DNA of 32,285 nt from a virus (taxonomy: Duplodnaviria; Heunggongvirae; Uroviricota; Caudoviricetes), in the IMG/VR virus record IMGVR_UViG_2728369188_000005, one strand, 5' to 3'. The first letter of the stretch is position 1; each line of letters starts with the position of its first letter. A model generated the notes under the pieces. The model did no database searches and had not been told where the DNA came from. It saw only the letters and a list, made by a program, of their open reading frames with translations. The translations under genes and the position numbers were made by a program. Below, one piece after another: positions 17,804-27,438 of this stretch.

Positions 17804-18501
17804 TGCAGGATATTCACGAAGAAAGTCTGAACGAGTCGGTTAAATCAGAGCAGTCACCGCGGGTGGTACTCTGGGAAATCGACCTGACGGTACAGGGTGG
17901 TGAGCGGTATTTTTTCTGTAATGAGCTGAATGAAAAAGGGGAGCCGGTCATCTGGCAGGGGCGTAAGTATGAGGCATACCCGATTGACGGCAGCGGCTTT
18001 GAGATGAACGGCCGGGGCAGCAGTGCCAGACCGTCGCTGACGGTGTCCAATCTGTTCGGTCTGGTCACCGGGATGGCGGAAGACCTGCAGAGTCTGGTGG
18101 GGGCCACGGTGGTCCGCCGCCGGGTGTATGCCCGTTTTCTGGATGCGGTGAATTTCGTTGCGGGCAATCCGGAGGCGGACCCGGAGCAGGAGCTGAGTGA
18201 CCGCTGGGTGGTGGAGCAGATGTCGCAGCTGACAGCCATGACGGCCTCGTTTGTGCTGGCCACACCGACCGAGACGGACGGGGCGCTGTTTCCCGGTCGC
18301 ATCATGCTGGCGAACACCTGTATGTGGGATTACCGGGGAGATGAATGCGGGTATAACGGTCCTGCGGTGGCGGATGAGTTCGATAAACCCACCACGGATA
18401 TCCGTAAGGACAGATGCAGCAAGTGCATGCGCGGGTGTGAACTGCGCAGGAATGTCGGCAATTTTGGCGGTTTCCTTTCCATTAATAAACTTTCGCAGTA
18501 A
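17803..18501 (+). CDS. L: Minor tail protein gpL, 232 aa
   Basis: Same 232-aa length as lambda L, with the cysteine cluster near the C-terminus (CSKCMRGCELRR). Confidence 0.95.
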   Translation: MQDIHEESLNESVKSEQSPRVVLWEIDLTVQGGERYFFCNELNEKGEPVIWQGRKYEAYPIDGSGFEMNGRGSSARPSLTVSNLFGLVTGMAEDLQSLVGATVVRRRVYARFLDAVNFVAGNPEADPEQELSDRWVVEQMSQLTAMTASFVLATPTETDGALFPGRIMLANTCMWDYRGDECGYNGPAVADEFDKPTTDIRKDRCSKCMRGCELRRNVGNFGGFLSINKLSQ

Positions 18502-18511
18502 ATCCCGGTTT

Positions 18512-19255
18512 ATGACACAGACTGAATCAGCGATTCTGGCGCATGCCCGGCGGTGTGCGCCTGCGGAGTCGTGCGGCTTCGTGATAAGCACGCCGGAGGG
18601 GGAGCGGTATATCCCTTGTGTGAATATTTCCGCAGAGCCGGAGGCGTATTTTCGTATCGCACCGGAAGACTGGCTGCGGGCAGAGATGCAGGGGGAGATT
18701 GTGGCACTGGTCCACAGTCATCCCGGTGGGCTGCCCTGGCTGAGCGAGGCTGACCGGCGGCTGCAGATAAAAAGCGCACTGCCCTGGTGGCTGGTCTGCC
18801 GGGGTGACATTCACAAATTCCGCTGTGTGCCACATCTGACAGGACGGCGCTTTGAGCACGGGGTGACGGACTGTTACACGCTGTTCCGGGATGCTTATCA
18901 TCTGGCGGGGACTGAAATGCCGGATTTTCATCGCGAGGATGACTGGTGGCGCAACGGCCAGAACCTGTACCTGGACAATATGGAGGAAACGGGCTTTTAC
19001 CGGGTGCCCCTGTCCTCTGCACAGGCGGGCGATATTCTGCTGTGCTGCTTTGGTGCTTCGGTACCGAACCATGCCGCCATTTACTGCGGCAACGGTGAGC
19101 TGCTTCACCATCTGCCTGAACAACTGAGTAAACGGGAGAGGTATTCCGAAAAATGGCAACGACGAACGCATTCTGTCTGGCGTCACCGCCACTGGCACGC
19201 ATCTGCCTTCACGGGGATTTACAACGATTTGGCCGCCGCCTCAGCCTGTATGTGA
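18512..19255 (+). CDS. K: Tail assembly protein gpK (JAMM/MPN-like N-terminal part plus NlpC/P60-like C-terminal part), about 247 aa
   Basis: MTQTESAILAHARRCAPAESCGF...VHSHPGG...SEADR contains a JAMM-type HSHP motif; the C-terminal part has an NlpC/P60-like Cys/His arrangement (VTDCYTLFRDAYH). ATG 18512 is 11 nt after the L stop. The 103-nt overlap with I matches the K/I overlap I recall for lambda. Confidence 0.85.
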   Translation: MTQTESAILAHARRCAPAESCGFVISTPEGERYIPCVNISAEPEAYFRIAPEDWLRAEMQGEIVALVHSHPGGLPWLSEADRRLQIKSALPWWLVCRGDIHKFRCVPHLTGRRFEHGVTDCYTLFRDAYHLAGTEMPDFHREDDWWRNGQNLYLDNMEETGFYRVPLSSAQAGDILLCCFGASVPNHAAIYCGNGELLHHLPEQLSKRERYSEKWQRRTHSVWRHRHWHASAFTGIYNDLAAASACM

Positions 19256-19833
19256 ACACGGCAGCGGAAGCCATCCGGGCGCTGTCGTTACAGGTGCCCG
19301 GATTCCGCCGTCAGATGAACGAAGGCTGGTACCAGATACGTATTGCCGGTGAGGACACGGCACCGGAGGCGGTGTATGCCCGCCTTCACGAACAGCTGGG
19401 TGAGGGAACGGTCATCCACATTGTGCCGCGACTGGCCGGTGCCGGAAAGGGCGGACTGCAGATTGTGCTGGGGGCGGCAGCCATCGTGGGCTCTTTCTTC
19501 ACGGCCGGAGGCTCGATGGCGTTATGGGGTACAGCCCTGAGTGCCGGTGGTTTTTCTGCCACCACGATGCTGTTTTCACTGGGTGCCAGTATGATTCTGG
19601 GCGGTGTGGCCCAGATGCTGGCCCCGAAGGCAAAAACACCGGATTACCGCGCAACGGATAACGGTAAACAGAACACGTACTTTTCCTCACTGGACAACAT
19701 GATTGCCCAGGGCAACCCGATGCCGGTGCCCTACGGTGAAATGCTGGTTGGTTCACGACGTATCTCTCAGGACATCAGCACCCGTGATGAAGGCGGGGGC
19801 GGAAAGGTGGTGGTTATTGGTCGACAGGGATAA
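19153..19833 (+). CDS. I: Tail assembly protein gpI, 226 aa
   Basis: ARICLHGDLQRFGRR..., IHIVPRLAGAG..., KQNTYFSSLDNMIAQGNPMPVPYGEM is lambda I-like. Confidence 0.9.
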   Translation: MATTNAFCLASPPLARICLHGDLQRFGRRLSLYVNTAAEAIRALSLQVPGFRRQMNEGWYQIRIAGEDTAPEAVYARLHEQLGEGTVIHIVPRLAGAGKGGLQIVLGAAAIVGSFFTAGGSMALWGTALSAGGFSATTMLFSLGASMILGGVAQMLAPKAKTPDYRATDNGKQNTYFSSLDNMIAQGNPMPVPYGEMLVGSRRISQDISTRDEGGGGKVVVIGRQG

Positions 19834-19846
19834 AACATAAAAAAAT

Positions 19847-19871
19847 CCCGCAGTGATCGCGGAGCTGCGGG
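19847..19871 (-). terminator. Hairpin with U run on the minus strand (minus-strand terminator-like)
   Basis: CCCGCAG(19847-19853), 11-nt loop, CTGCGGG(19865-19871). On the minus strand the hairpin is followed by ATTTTTTTATGTTTT (complement of 19833-19846). Confidence 0.4.
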
Positions 19872-20037
19872 GACAGACAAATGAAGATTAATGTTAAGGA
19901 GTTGTTTTGGTTACTCGGGCAAAAAAACACTAACGCAGCGAAATTATAAGCGCCACAGTCAGTGTGTGAAAATGTGAAGATATTCAGAATTTTTATGCCA
20001 TTACCGGTTTTAACCAACAGGATTATCGGTGGGCATG

Positions 20038-20107
20038 AAAGAAAACCCCGGTATCTGCTGATACCGGGGTTTCTCTTTAGCATGGCAGAAATGTGTTTCA
20101 TGCTTTT
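20038..20107 (-). ncRNA. Candidate small RNA of about 70 nt (hypothetical)
   Basis: Minus-strand reading gives a sigma70-like promoter (-35 TTGCCA, complement of 20139-20144; 18-nt spacer; -10 TATCCT, complement of 20115-20120), then a 6-bp stem with 14-nt loop (20079-20104) and the 13-bp terminator hairpin with U tract. No plausible ORF. The strand and the existence of a transcript are inferred, not shown. Confidence 0.2.
20043..20078. terminator. Perfect 13-bp palindromic hairpin with U-rich tracts on both sides (bidirectional terminator-like)
   Basis: AAACCCCGGTATC(20043-20055), loop TGCT, GATACCGGGGTTT(20060-20072), followed by CTCTTT on plus; the minus-strand reading is followed by TTTTCTTTC. 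Confidence 0.5.
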
Positions 20108-20175
20108 CGGGCGAAGGATATCCGACTTCTGTACGGAATGGCAAGTGGCGGTTAATTTATTCAGGGGAAGGCTGT

Positions 20176-23100
20176 ATGGGAAAAGGTGGCGGTAAGGCAC
20201 ACACGCCTCGTGAGGCGAAGGATAATCTCAAATCCACGCAGATGATGAGTGTGATTGATGCGATTGGTGAGGGACCGATAGAAGGTCCGGTGAAGGGACT
20301 GCAGAGTATTCTGGTGAACAAAACCCCACTGACGGACACGGACGGCAATCCCGTGATACACGGTGTGACGGCGGTCTGGCGCGCCGGGGAGCAGGAGCAG
20401 ACACCACCGGAAGGCTTTGAGTCCTCCGGAGCTGAAACCGGACTGGGCGTGGAAGTGACGAAGGCAAAACCGGTGACGCGCACCATTACGTCCGCGAACA
20501 TTGACCGCCTGCGGATTACCTTCGGGGTGCAGTCACTGGTGGAGACCACCTCAAAGGGTGACCGTAACCCGGCATCCGTCCGCCTGCTGATTCAGTTACA
20601 GCGTAACGGTAACTGGGTGACAGAAAAGGACGTCACCATTAACGGCAAGACCACCTCACAGTTCCTGGCCTCGGTGATTCTGGATAATCTGCCTCCCCGG
20701 CCCTTTAACATCCGGATGGTCAGGGAGACGGCGGACAGCACCACGGACCAGCTGCAGAATAAGACGCTGTGGTCGTCATACACCGAAATCATCGATGTGA
20801 AACAGTGCTACCCGAACACGGCCATTGTGGGGCTGCAGGTGGATGCGGAGCAGTTCGGCGGCCAGCAGATGACGGTGAACTACCATATCCGCGGTCGCAT
20901 CATCCAGGTGCCGTCAAACTATGACCCGGAAAAACGCACGTACAGTGGTATCTGGGACGGCAGTCTGAAACCGGCATACAGCAACAACCCGGCCTGGTGC
21001 CTGTGGGACATGCTGACTCACCCGCGCTACGGCATGGGAAAACGTCTGGGGGCGGCGGATGTGGACAAGTGGGCGCTGTATGCCATCGGGCAGTACTGCG
21101 ACCAGACGGTCCCGGATGGTTTCGGGGGGACAGAGCCGCGGATGACCTTTAATGCGTACCTGGCACAACAGCGTAAGGCGTGGGACGTTCTCAGTGATTT
21201 CTGCTCTGCGATGCGCTGTATGCCGGTATGGAACGGTCAGACGCTGACGTTCGTTCAGGACCGCCCGTCGGATGTGGTGTGGCCGTACACCAACAGCGAT
21301 GTGGTGGTGGATGATAACGGCGTGGGATTCCGCTACAGCTTCAGTGCCCTGAAGGACCGGCACACGGCGGTGGAGGTGAATTACACCGACCCGCAGAACG
21401 GCTGGCAGACCTCCACGGAACTGGTGGAAGACCCGGAAGCCATACTGCGCTACGGACGCAACCTGCTGAAGATGGACGCGTTCGGCTGTACCAGCCGCGG
21501 TCAGGCCCACCGTGCCGGACTGTGGGTGATAAAGACCGAACTGCTGGAAACGCAGACGGTGGATTTCACGCTCGGGTCTCAGGGGCTGCGGCACACACCC
21601 GGTGACATTATTGAAATCTGTGATAATGACTATGCCGGGACCCTGACCGGCGGACGTGTCCTGTCCATTGATGCTGCCACCCGCACCCTGACGCTGGACC
21701 GTGAGGTTACCCTGCCGGAGACAGGTACATCGGCGGTGAACCTGATTAACGGCAGCGGTAAGCCGGTGAGTGTGGACATCACCGCACACCCCGCGCCGGA
21801 CCGGATACAGGTCAGTACCCTGCCTGATGGTGTGGAGACATACGGGGTGTGGGGACTCTCCCTGCCGTCACTGCGCCGTCGCCTGTTCCGCTGTGTCTCC
21901 ATCCGGGAAAACACGGACGGCACCTTTGCCATCACGGCGGTGCAGCACGTACCGGAAAAAGAAGCCATCGTGGATAACGGTGCCCGCTTTGAGCCGCAGT
22001 CAGGCTCCCTGAACAGCGTCATCCCACCGGCAGTGCAGCACCTGACGGTGGAGGTGAGCGCAGCTGACGGCCAGTATCTGGCACAGGCGAAATGGGACAC
22101 GCCGCGGGTGGTGAAGGGGGTGCGCTTCAGTCTGCGACTGACCAGCGGAAGCGGAGAAGACAGCCGTCTGGTGACCACCGCTATCACTGCGGATACAGAG
22201 CATCGTTTCAGTGGTCTGCCGCTCGGGGAATACACCCTGACAGTCAGGGCAATTAACAGTTATGGCCAGCAGGGCGAACCGGCCACCACCACCTTCCGGA
22301 TTAACGCGCCAGCAAAACCCGCCACCATTGAACTGACGCCGGGGTATTTTCAGATAACAGCGGTACCGGTGCTGGCGGTGTATGACCCGACGGTACAGTT
22401 TGAATTCTGGTTCTCAGAAAAACGCATCACGAACACGGCACAGGTGGAAAAATCTGCCCGTTATCTGGGGACTGGCAGTCAGTGGACTGTCTCCGGCCCG
22501 CACATTAAGCCCGGGAAGGATTTCTGGTTTTATGTACGCAGCGTTAACCTGGTGGGGAAATCTGCTTTTGTTGAAGCCAGTGGACGGGCCAGCAATGATG
22601 CAGAAGGGTATCTGGGGCTGTTTCGGGAAAAAATAGGAAAACTGCATCTGGCTCAGGGGCTGTGGGAGCTGATAGACAACAGCCAGCTTGCGGATGAGAT
22701 GGCGGAGATGAAGACCACCATCACCGAAACCCGCAATGAAATCACACAGACGGTCAGTAAAACGCTGGAGGACCAGAGCGCCACCATACAGCAGATACAG
22801 CGCGTGCAGAAGGACACAAATGATGACCTTGCTGCACTTTACATGCTGAAGGTACAGAAAACAAAAAATGGCATACCCTATGTTGCCGGTATTGGAGCGG
22901 GGATTGAGGATACTGATGGCCAGCCCCTGAGCAACATACTGCTGCTGGCTGACCGTATTGCGATGATTAACCCGGAGGACGGCAACACCACGCCGTTATT
23001 TGTGGCGCAGGGGAATCAGTTGTTCATGAACGATGTGTTCCTGAAGCGGCTGTTTGCGGTGAGTATCACCTCGTCCGGCAATCCCCCGACGTTTTCCCTG

Positions 23101-23649
23101 ACGCCGGAGGGCAGGCTGACCGCAAGAAATGCTGATATCAGCGGTAACGTGAATGCGAACTCCGGGACGCTCAACAACGTCACGATTAACGAGAACTGTC
23201 GGGTTCTGGGAAAATTGTCCGCCAACCAGATTGAAGGCGATCTCGTTAAAACAGTGGGCAAAGCTTTCCCCCGGGACTCCCGTGCACCGGAGCGGTGGCC
23301 ATCAGGGACCATTACCGTCAGGGTTTATGACGATCAGCCGTTTGACCGGCAAATTGTTATTCCGGCGGTGGCATTCAGTGGCGCTAAGCATGAGAGAGAG
23401 CATACTGATATTTACTCCTCATGCCGTCTGATAGTGCGGAAAAACGGTGCTGAAATTTATAACCGTACCGCGCTGGATAATACGCTGATTTACAGTGGTG
23501 TTATTGATATGCCTGCCGGTCACGGTCACATGACGCTGGAGTTTTCGGTGTCAGCATGGCTGGTGAATAACTGGTATCCCACAGCAAGTATCAGCGATTT
23601 GCTGGTTGTTGTGATGAAGAAAGCCACTGCAGGCATCACGATTAGCTGA
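20176..23649 (+). CDS. J: Host specificity protein / central tail fibre gpJ, 1157 aa
   Basis: Collinear with lambda J (1132 aa) from [21 protein letters not shown]... through the fibronectin-like repeats to a C-terminal receptor-binding region ending ...[25 protein letters not shown]. Confidence 0.95.
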   Translation: MGKGGGKAHTPREAKDNLKSTQMMSVIDAIGEGPIEGPVKGLQSILVNKTPLTDTDGNPVIHGVTAVWRAGEQEQTPPEGFESSGAETGLGVEVTKAKPVTRTITSANIDRLRITFGVQSLVETTSKGDRNPASVRLLIQLQRNGNWVTEKDVTINGKTTSQFLASVILDNLPPRPFNIRMVRETADSTTDQLQNKTLWSSYTEIIDVKQCYPNTAIVGLQVDAEQFGGQQMTVNYHIRGRIIQVPSNYDPEKRTYSGIWDGSLKPAYSNNPAWCLWDMLTHPRYGMGKRLGAADVDKWALYAIGQYCDQTVPDGFGGTEPRMTFNAYLAQQRKAWDVLSDFCSAMRCMPVWNGQTLTFVQDRPSDVVWPYTNSDVVVDDNGVGFRYSFSALKDRHTAVEVNYTDPQNGWQTSTELVEDPEAILRYGRNLLKMDAFGCTSRGQAHRAGLWVIKTELLETQTVDFTLGSQGLRHTPGDIIEICDNDYAGTLTGGRVLSIDAATRTLTLDREVTLPETGTSAVNLINGSGKPVSVDITAHPAPDRIQVSTLPDGVETYGVWGLSLPSLRRRLFRCVSIRENTDGTFAITAVQHVPEKEAIVDNGARFEPQSGSLNSVIPPAVQHLTVEVSAADGQYLAQAKWDTPRVVKGVRFSLRLTSGSGEDSRLVTTAITADTEHRFSGLPLGEYTLTVRAINSYGQQGEPATTTFRINAPAKPATIELTPGYFQITAVPVLAVYDPTVQFEFWFSEKRITNTAQVEKSARYLGTGSQWTVSGPHIKPGKDFWFYVRSVNLVGKSAFVEASGRASNDAEGYLGLFREKIGKLHLAQGLWELIDNSQLADEMAEMKTTITETRNEITQTVSKTLEDQSATIQQIQRVQKDTNDDLAALYMLKVQKTKNGIPYVAGIGAGIEDTDGQPLSNILLLADRIAMINPEDGNTTPLFVAQGNQLFMNDVFLKRLFAVSITSSGNPPTFSLTPEGRLTARNADISGNVNANSGTLNNVTINENCRVLGKLSANQIEGDLVKTVGKAFPRDSRAPERWPSGTITVRVYDDQPFDRQIVIPAVAFSGAKHEREHTDIYSSCRLIVRKNGAEIYNRTALDNTLIYSGVIDMPAGHGHMTLEFSVSAWLVNNWYPTASISDLLVVVMKKATAGITIS

Positions 23650-23668
23650 ATTTTATAACCCAGATACG

Positions 23669-23692
23669 GGCGCCAGAAATGGCGCCTTTTTT
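23669..23692 (+). terminator. Intrinsic terminator after J
   Basis: GGCGCCA(23669-23675), loop GAAA, TGGCGCC(23680-23686), then TTTTTT(23687-23692). The second copy at 26727-26750 keeps the structure through compensatory changes. Confidence 0.7.
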
Positions 23693-23716
23693 ATTGCAGA
23701 AAAGCGAGAGGTAATT

Positions 23717-24316
23717 ATGCGTAAATTATGTGCTGTTATTCTGTCCACAGTAGTCTGGCTGGTCGCCGCTGGTACGCCAGCGAGCGCAGCAGAGCATCAG
23801 TCCACACTAAGCGCGGGGTATCTTCATGCCCGTACGAACGCTCCCGGCAGCGATAATCTGAACGGGATTAACGTGAAATACCGTTATGAGTTTACGGACG
23901 CGCTGGGGCTGATTACGTCCTTCAGTTATGCCAATGCTGAGGATAAGCAAAAAACGCACTACAGCGATACCCGCTGGCATGAAGATTCCGTGCGTAACCG
24001 CTGGTTCAGCGTGATGGCGGGGCCGTCTGTGCGCGTGAATGAATGGTTCAGCGCGTATGTGATGGCGGGTATGGCTTACAGCCGTGTGTCGACTTTCTCC
24101 GGGGATTATCTCCGCGTAACTGACAACAAGGGGAAAAAGCACGATGTGCTGACCGGAAGTGATGACGGTCGCCACAGCAACACGTCTCTGGCGTGGGGGG
24201 CTGGCGTGCAGTTTAACCCGACCGAATCCGTGGCCATTGATATTGCTTATGAAGGCTCCGGCAGTGGCGACTGGCGCACTGACGGTTTCATCGTGGGTGT
24301 CGGTTATAAGTTCTGA
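23717..24316 (+). CDS. lom: Lom outer-membrane protein (Ail/Lom family beta-barrel), 199 aa
   Basis: Signal peptide (MRKLCAVILSTVVWLVAAGTPASA) followed by alternating beta-strand sequence ending in the C-terminal aromatic GYKF; lambda lom position directly after J. GAGAGG Shine-Dalgarno. Confidence 0.9.
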   Translation: MRKLCAVILSTVVWLVAAGTPASAAEHQSTLSAGYLHARTNAPGSDNLNGINVKYRYEFTDALGLITSFSYANAEDKQKTHYSDTRWHEDSVRNRWFSVMAGPSVRVNEWFSAYVMAGMAYSRVSTFSGDYLRVTDNKGKKHDVLTGSDDGRHSNTSLAWGAGVQFNPTESVAIDIAYEGSGSGDWRTDGFIVGVGYKF

Positions 24317-24342
24317 TTAGCCAGGTAACACAGTGTTATGAC

Positions 24343-24369
24343 AGCCCGCCGGTTCAGGCGGGCTTTTTT
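24343..24369 (+). terminator. Intrinsic terminator after lom
   Basis: AGCCCGCC(24343-24350), loop GGTTCA, GGCGGGCT(24357-24364), then TTTTT(24365-24369). Confidence 0.65.
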
Positions 24370-24380
24370 GTGGAGTGGAT

Positions 24381-24390
24381 NNNNNNNNNN
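24381..24390. other. Assembly gap (10 N)
   Basis: Run of n. Sequence before the gap ends at the stf 5-prime leader (GTGGAGTGGAT); sequence after it resumes in the middle of a J homologue. Confidence 0.95.
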
Positions 24391-26707
24391 CTTCAGCGCC
24401 CTGAAGGACCGCCATAATGCCGTTGAGGTGAACTGGATTGACCCGAACAACGGCTGGGAGACGGCGACAGAGCTTGTTGAAGATACGCAGGCCATTGCCC
24501 GTTACGGTCGTAATGTCACGAAGATGGATGCCTTTGGCTGTACCAGCCGGGGGCAGGCACACCGCGCCGGGCTGTGGCTGATTAAAACGGAACTGCTGGA
24601 AACGCAGACCGTGGATTTCAGCGTGGGCGCAGAAGGGCTTCGCCATGTGCCGGGCGATGTTATTGAAATCTGCGATGATGACTATGCCGGTATCAGCACC
24701 GGTGGTCGCGTGCTGGCGGTGAACAGCCAGACCCGGACGCTGACTCTCGACCGTGAAATCACGCTGCCATCCTCCGGTACCACGCTGATAAGCCTGGTTG
24801 ACGGAAGTGGCAATCCGGTCAGCGTGGAGGTTCAGTCCGTCACCGACGGCGTGAAGGTAAAAGTGAGCCGTGTTCCTGACGGTGTTGCTGAATACAGCGT
24901 ATGGGGGCTGAAGCTGCCGACGCTGCGCCAGCGACTGTTCCGCTGCGTGAGTATCCGTGAGAACGACGACGGCACGTATGCCATCACCGCCGTGCAGCAT
25001 GTGCCGGAAAAAGAGGCCATCGTGGATAACGGGGCGCACTTTGACGGCGAACAGAGTGGCACGGTGAATGGTGTCACGCCGCCAGCGGTGCAGCACCTGA
25101 CCGCAGAAGTCACTGCAGACAGCGGGGAATATCAGGTGCTGGCGCGATGGGACACACCGAAGGTGGTGAAGGGCGTGAGCTTCCTGCTTCGCCTGACCGT
25201 GGCAGCGGATGACGGCAGTGAGCGGCTGGTCAGCACGGCCCGGACGACGGAAACCACATACCGCTTCACGCAACTGGCGCTGGGAAACTACAGGCTGACA
25301 GTCCGGGCGGCAAATGCCTGGGGGCAGCAGGGCGATCCGGCATCGGTATCGTTCCGTATTGCCGCACCGGCAGCGCCGTCGCGGATTGAGCTGACGCCGG
25401 GCTATTTTCAGATAACCGCCACGCCCCATCTTGCCGTTTATGATCCGACGGTACAGTTTGAGTTCTGGTTCTCGGAAAAGCGGATTGCGGATATCAGGCA
25501 GGTTGAAACCACAGCCCGCTATCTTGGCACGGCGCTGTACTGGATAGCTGCCAGTATCAATATCAAACCGGGCCATGATTATTATTTTTACATCCGCAGT
25601 GTGAACACCGTTGGCAAATCGGCATTTGTGGAGGCTGTTGGCCAGCCGAGTGATGATGCATCCGGCTATCTGGATTTTTTCAAAGGCGAGATAGGGAAAA
25701 GCCATCTGGCTCAGGAGCTGTGGACGCAGATTGATAACGGTCAGCTTGCGCCTGACCTGGCTGAAATCAGGACGTCCATTACGGATGTCAGCAATGAAAT
25801 CACGCAGACCGTCAATAAGAAACTGGAAGACCAGAGTGCGGCAATTCAGCAGATACAGAAGGTTCAGGTTGATACAAATAATAACCTGAACAGCATGTGG
25901 GCTGTGAAGCTGCAGCAGATGCAGGACGGACGCCTTTATATCGCGGGTATTGGTGCCGGTATTGAGAATACCCCTGACGGTATGCAGAGTCAGGTGCTGC
26001 TGGCGGCGGACAGGATTGCGATGATTAATCCTGCGAATGGCAATACAAAGCCGATGTTTGTTGGTCAGGGCGATCAGATATTCATGAACGAAGTGTTCCT
26101 GAAATATCTGACGGCTCCCACCATTACCAGCGGCGGTAATCCTCCGGCATTTTCCCTGACACCGGACGGGCGGCTGACGGCGAAAAATGCCGATATCAGC
26201 GGTAGCGTGAATGCGAACTCCGGGACGCTCAACAACGTCACGATTAACGAGAACTGTCGGGTTCTGGGAAAACTGTCCGCGAACCAGATTGAAGGCGATC
26301 TCGTTAAAACAGTGGGCAAAGCTTTCCCCCGGGACTCCCGTGCACCGGAGCGGTGGCCATCAGGGACCATTACCGTCAGGGTTTATGACGATCAGCCGTT
26401 TGACCGGCAAATTGTTATTCCGGCGGTGGCATTCAGTGGCGCTAAGCATGAGAGAGAGCATACTGATATTTACTCCTCATGCCGTCTGATAGTGCGGAAA
26501 AACGGTGCTGAAATTTATAACCGTACCGCGCTGGATAATACGCTGATTTACAGTGGCGTTATTGATATGCCTGCCGGTCACGGTCACATGACGCTGGAGT
26601 TTTCGGTGTCAGCATGGCTGGTAAATGACTGGTATCCCACAGCAAGTATCAGCGATTTGCTGGTTGTGGTGATGAAGAAAGCCACCGCAGGCATCAGTAT
26701 CAGCTGA
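24391..26707 (+). CDS. J: Second gpJ copy, 5-prime truncated by the gap (C-terminal ~770 aa present), diverged from copy 1
   Basis: Begins [31 protein letters not shown]..., which aligns with J copy 1 from about residue 385. Roughly 70-80% identical by eye through most of its length, but nearly identical over the last ~500 nt (26206-26620 versus 23148-23560). Confidence 0.85.
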
Positions 26708-26726
26708 ATTTTATAACCCCAATACG

Positions 26727-26750
26727 GGCGTCAGAAATGACGCCTTTTTT
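26727..26750 (+). terminator. Intrinsic terminator after J copy 2
   Basis: GGCGTCA(26727-26733), loop GAAA, TGACGCC(26738-26744), then TTTTTT. Differs from copy 1 by a compensatory pair (C to T in the left arm, G to A in the right arm). Confidence 0.7.
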
Positions 26751-26774
26751 ATTGCAGAAAAGCGAGAGGTAATT

Positions 26775-27374
26775 ATGCGTAAATTATGTGCTGTTATTCT
26801 GTCCACAGTAGTCTGGCTGGTCGCCGCTGGTACGCCAGCGAGCGCAGCAGAGCATCAGTCCACACTAAGCGCCGGGTATCTTCAGACCCATACTGATATG
26901 CCCGGCAACGATGACCTGAAGGGCATTAACGTGAAATACCGTTATGAATTTACGGACACGCTGGGGCTGGTGACGTCATTCAGTTATGCCAATGCCAAAG
27001 ATGAGCAAAAAACGCATTACAGCGATACCCGCTGGCATGAAGATTCAGTGCGTAACCGCTGGTTCAGCATGATGGCGGGGCCGTCTGTACGCGTGAATGA
27101 ATGGTTCAGTGCTTATGCGATGGCAGGTGTGGCTTACAGCCGTGTTTCGACTTTTTCCGGGGATTATCTCCGCGTAACTGACAGCAAGGGGAAAACGCAC
27201 GATGTGCTGACCGGAAGTGATGACGGTCGCCACAGCAACACGTCTCTGGCGTGGGGGGCTGGCGTGCAGTTTAACCCGACCGAATCCGTGGCCATTGATA
27301 TTGCTTATGAAGGCTCCGGCAGTGGTGACTGGCGCACTGACGGTTTCATCGTGGGTGTCGGTTATAAATTCTGA
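26775..27374 (+). CDS. lom: Lom outer-membrane protein, second copy, 199 aa
   Basis: About 90% identical by eye to lom copy 1 (differences include HARTNAPGSDNLNG versus QTHTDMPGNDDLKG); same signal peptide and C-terminus. Confidence 0.9.
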   Translation: MRKLCAVILSTVVWLVAAGTPASAAEHQSTLSAGYLQTHTDMPGNDDLKGINVKYRYEFTDTLGLVTSFSYANAKDEQKTHYSDTRWHEDSVRNRWFSMMAGPSVRVNEWFSAYAMAGVAYSRVSTFSGDYLRVTDSKGKTHDVLTGSDDGRHSNTSLAWGAGVQFNPTESVAIDIAYEGSGSGDWRTDGFIVGVGYKF

Positions 27375-27400
27375 TTAGCCAGGTAACACAGTGTTATGAC

Positions 27401-27427
27401 AGCCCGCCGGTTCAGGCGGGCTTTTTT
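27401..27427 (+). terminator. Intrinsic terminator after lom copy 2
   Basis: Same AGCCCGCC / GGCGGGCT hairpin and T run as after lom copy 1. Confidence 0.65.
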
Positions 27428-27438
27428 GTGGAGTGGAT

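Noticed and set aside
19814-20200. 128-aa minus-strand ORF spanning the I-J spacer
   Set aside because: It reads straight through two perfect palindromic hairpins, overlaps the J start and I end, is Cys/Phe/Ile-rich and has no Shine-Dalgarno. The spacer is treated as non-coding; the small-RNA hypothesis is kept as a finding instead.
20914-21789. 291-aa minus-strand ORF inside J, with similar ones at 21630-22235 and 24317-25705
   Set aside because: Antisense to the J genes; the 24317-25705 ORF also runs through the N gap (X residues). Composition is Arg/His/Pro-rich junk.
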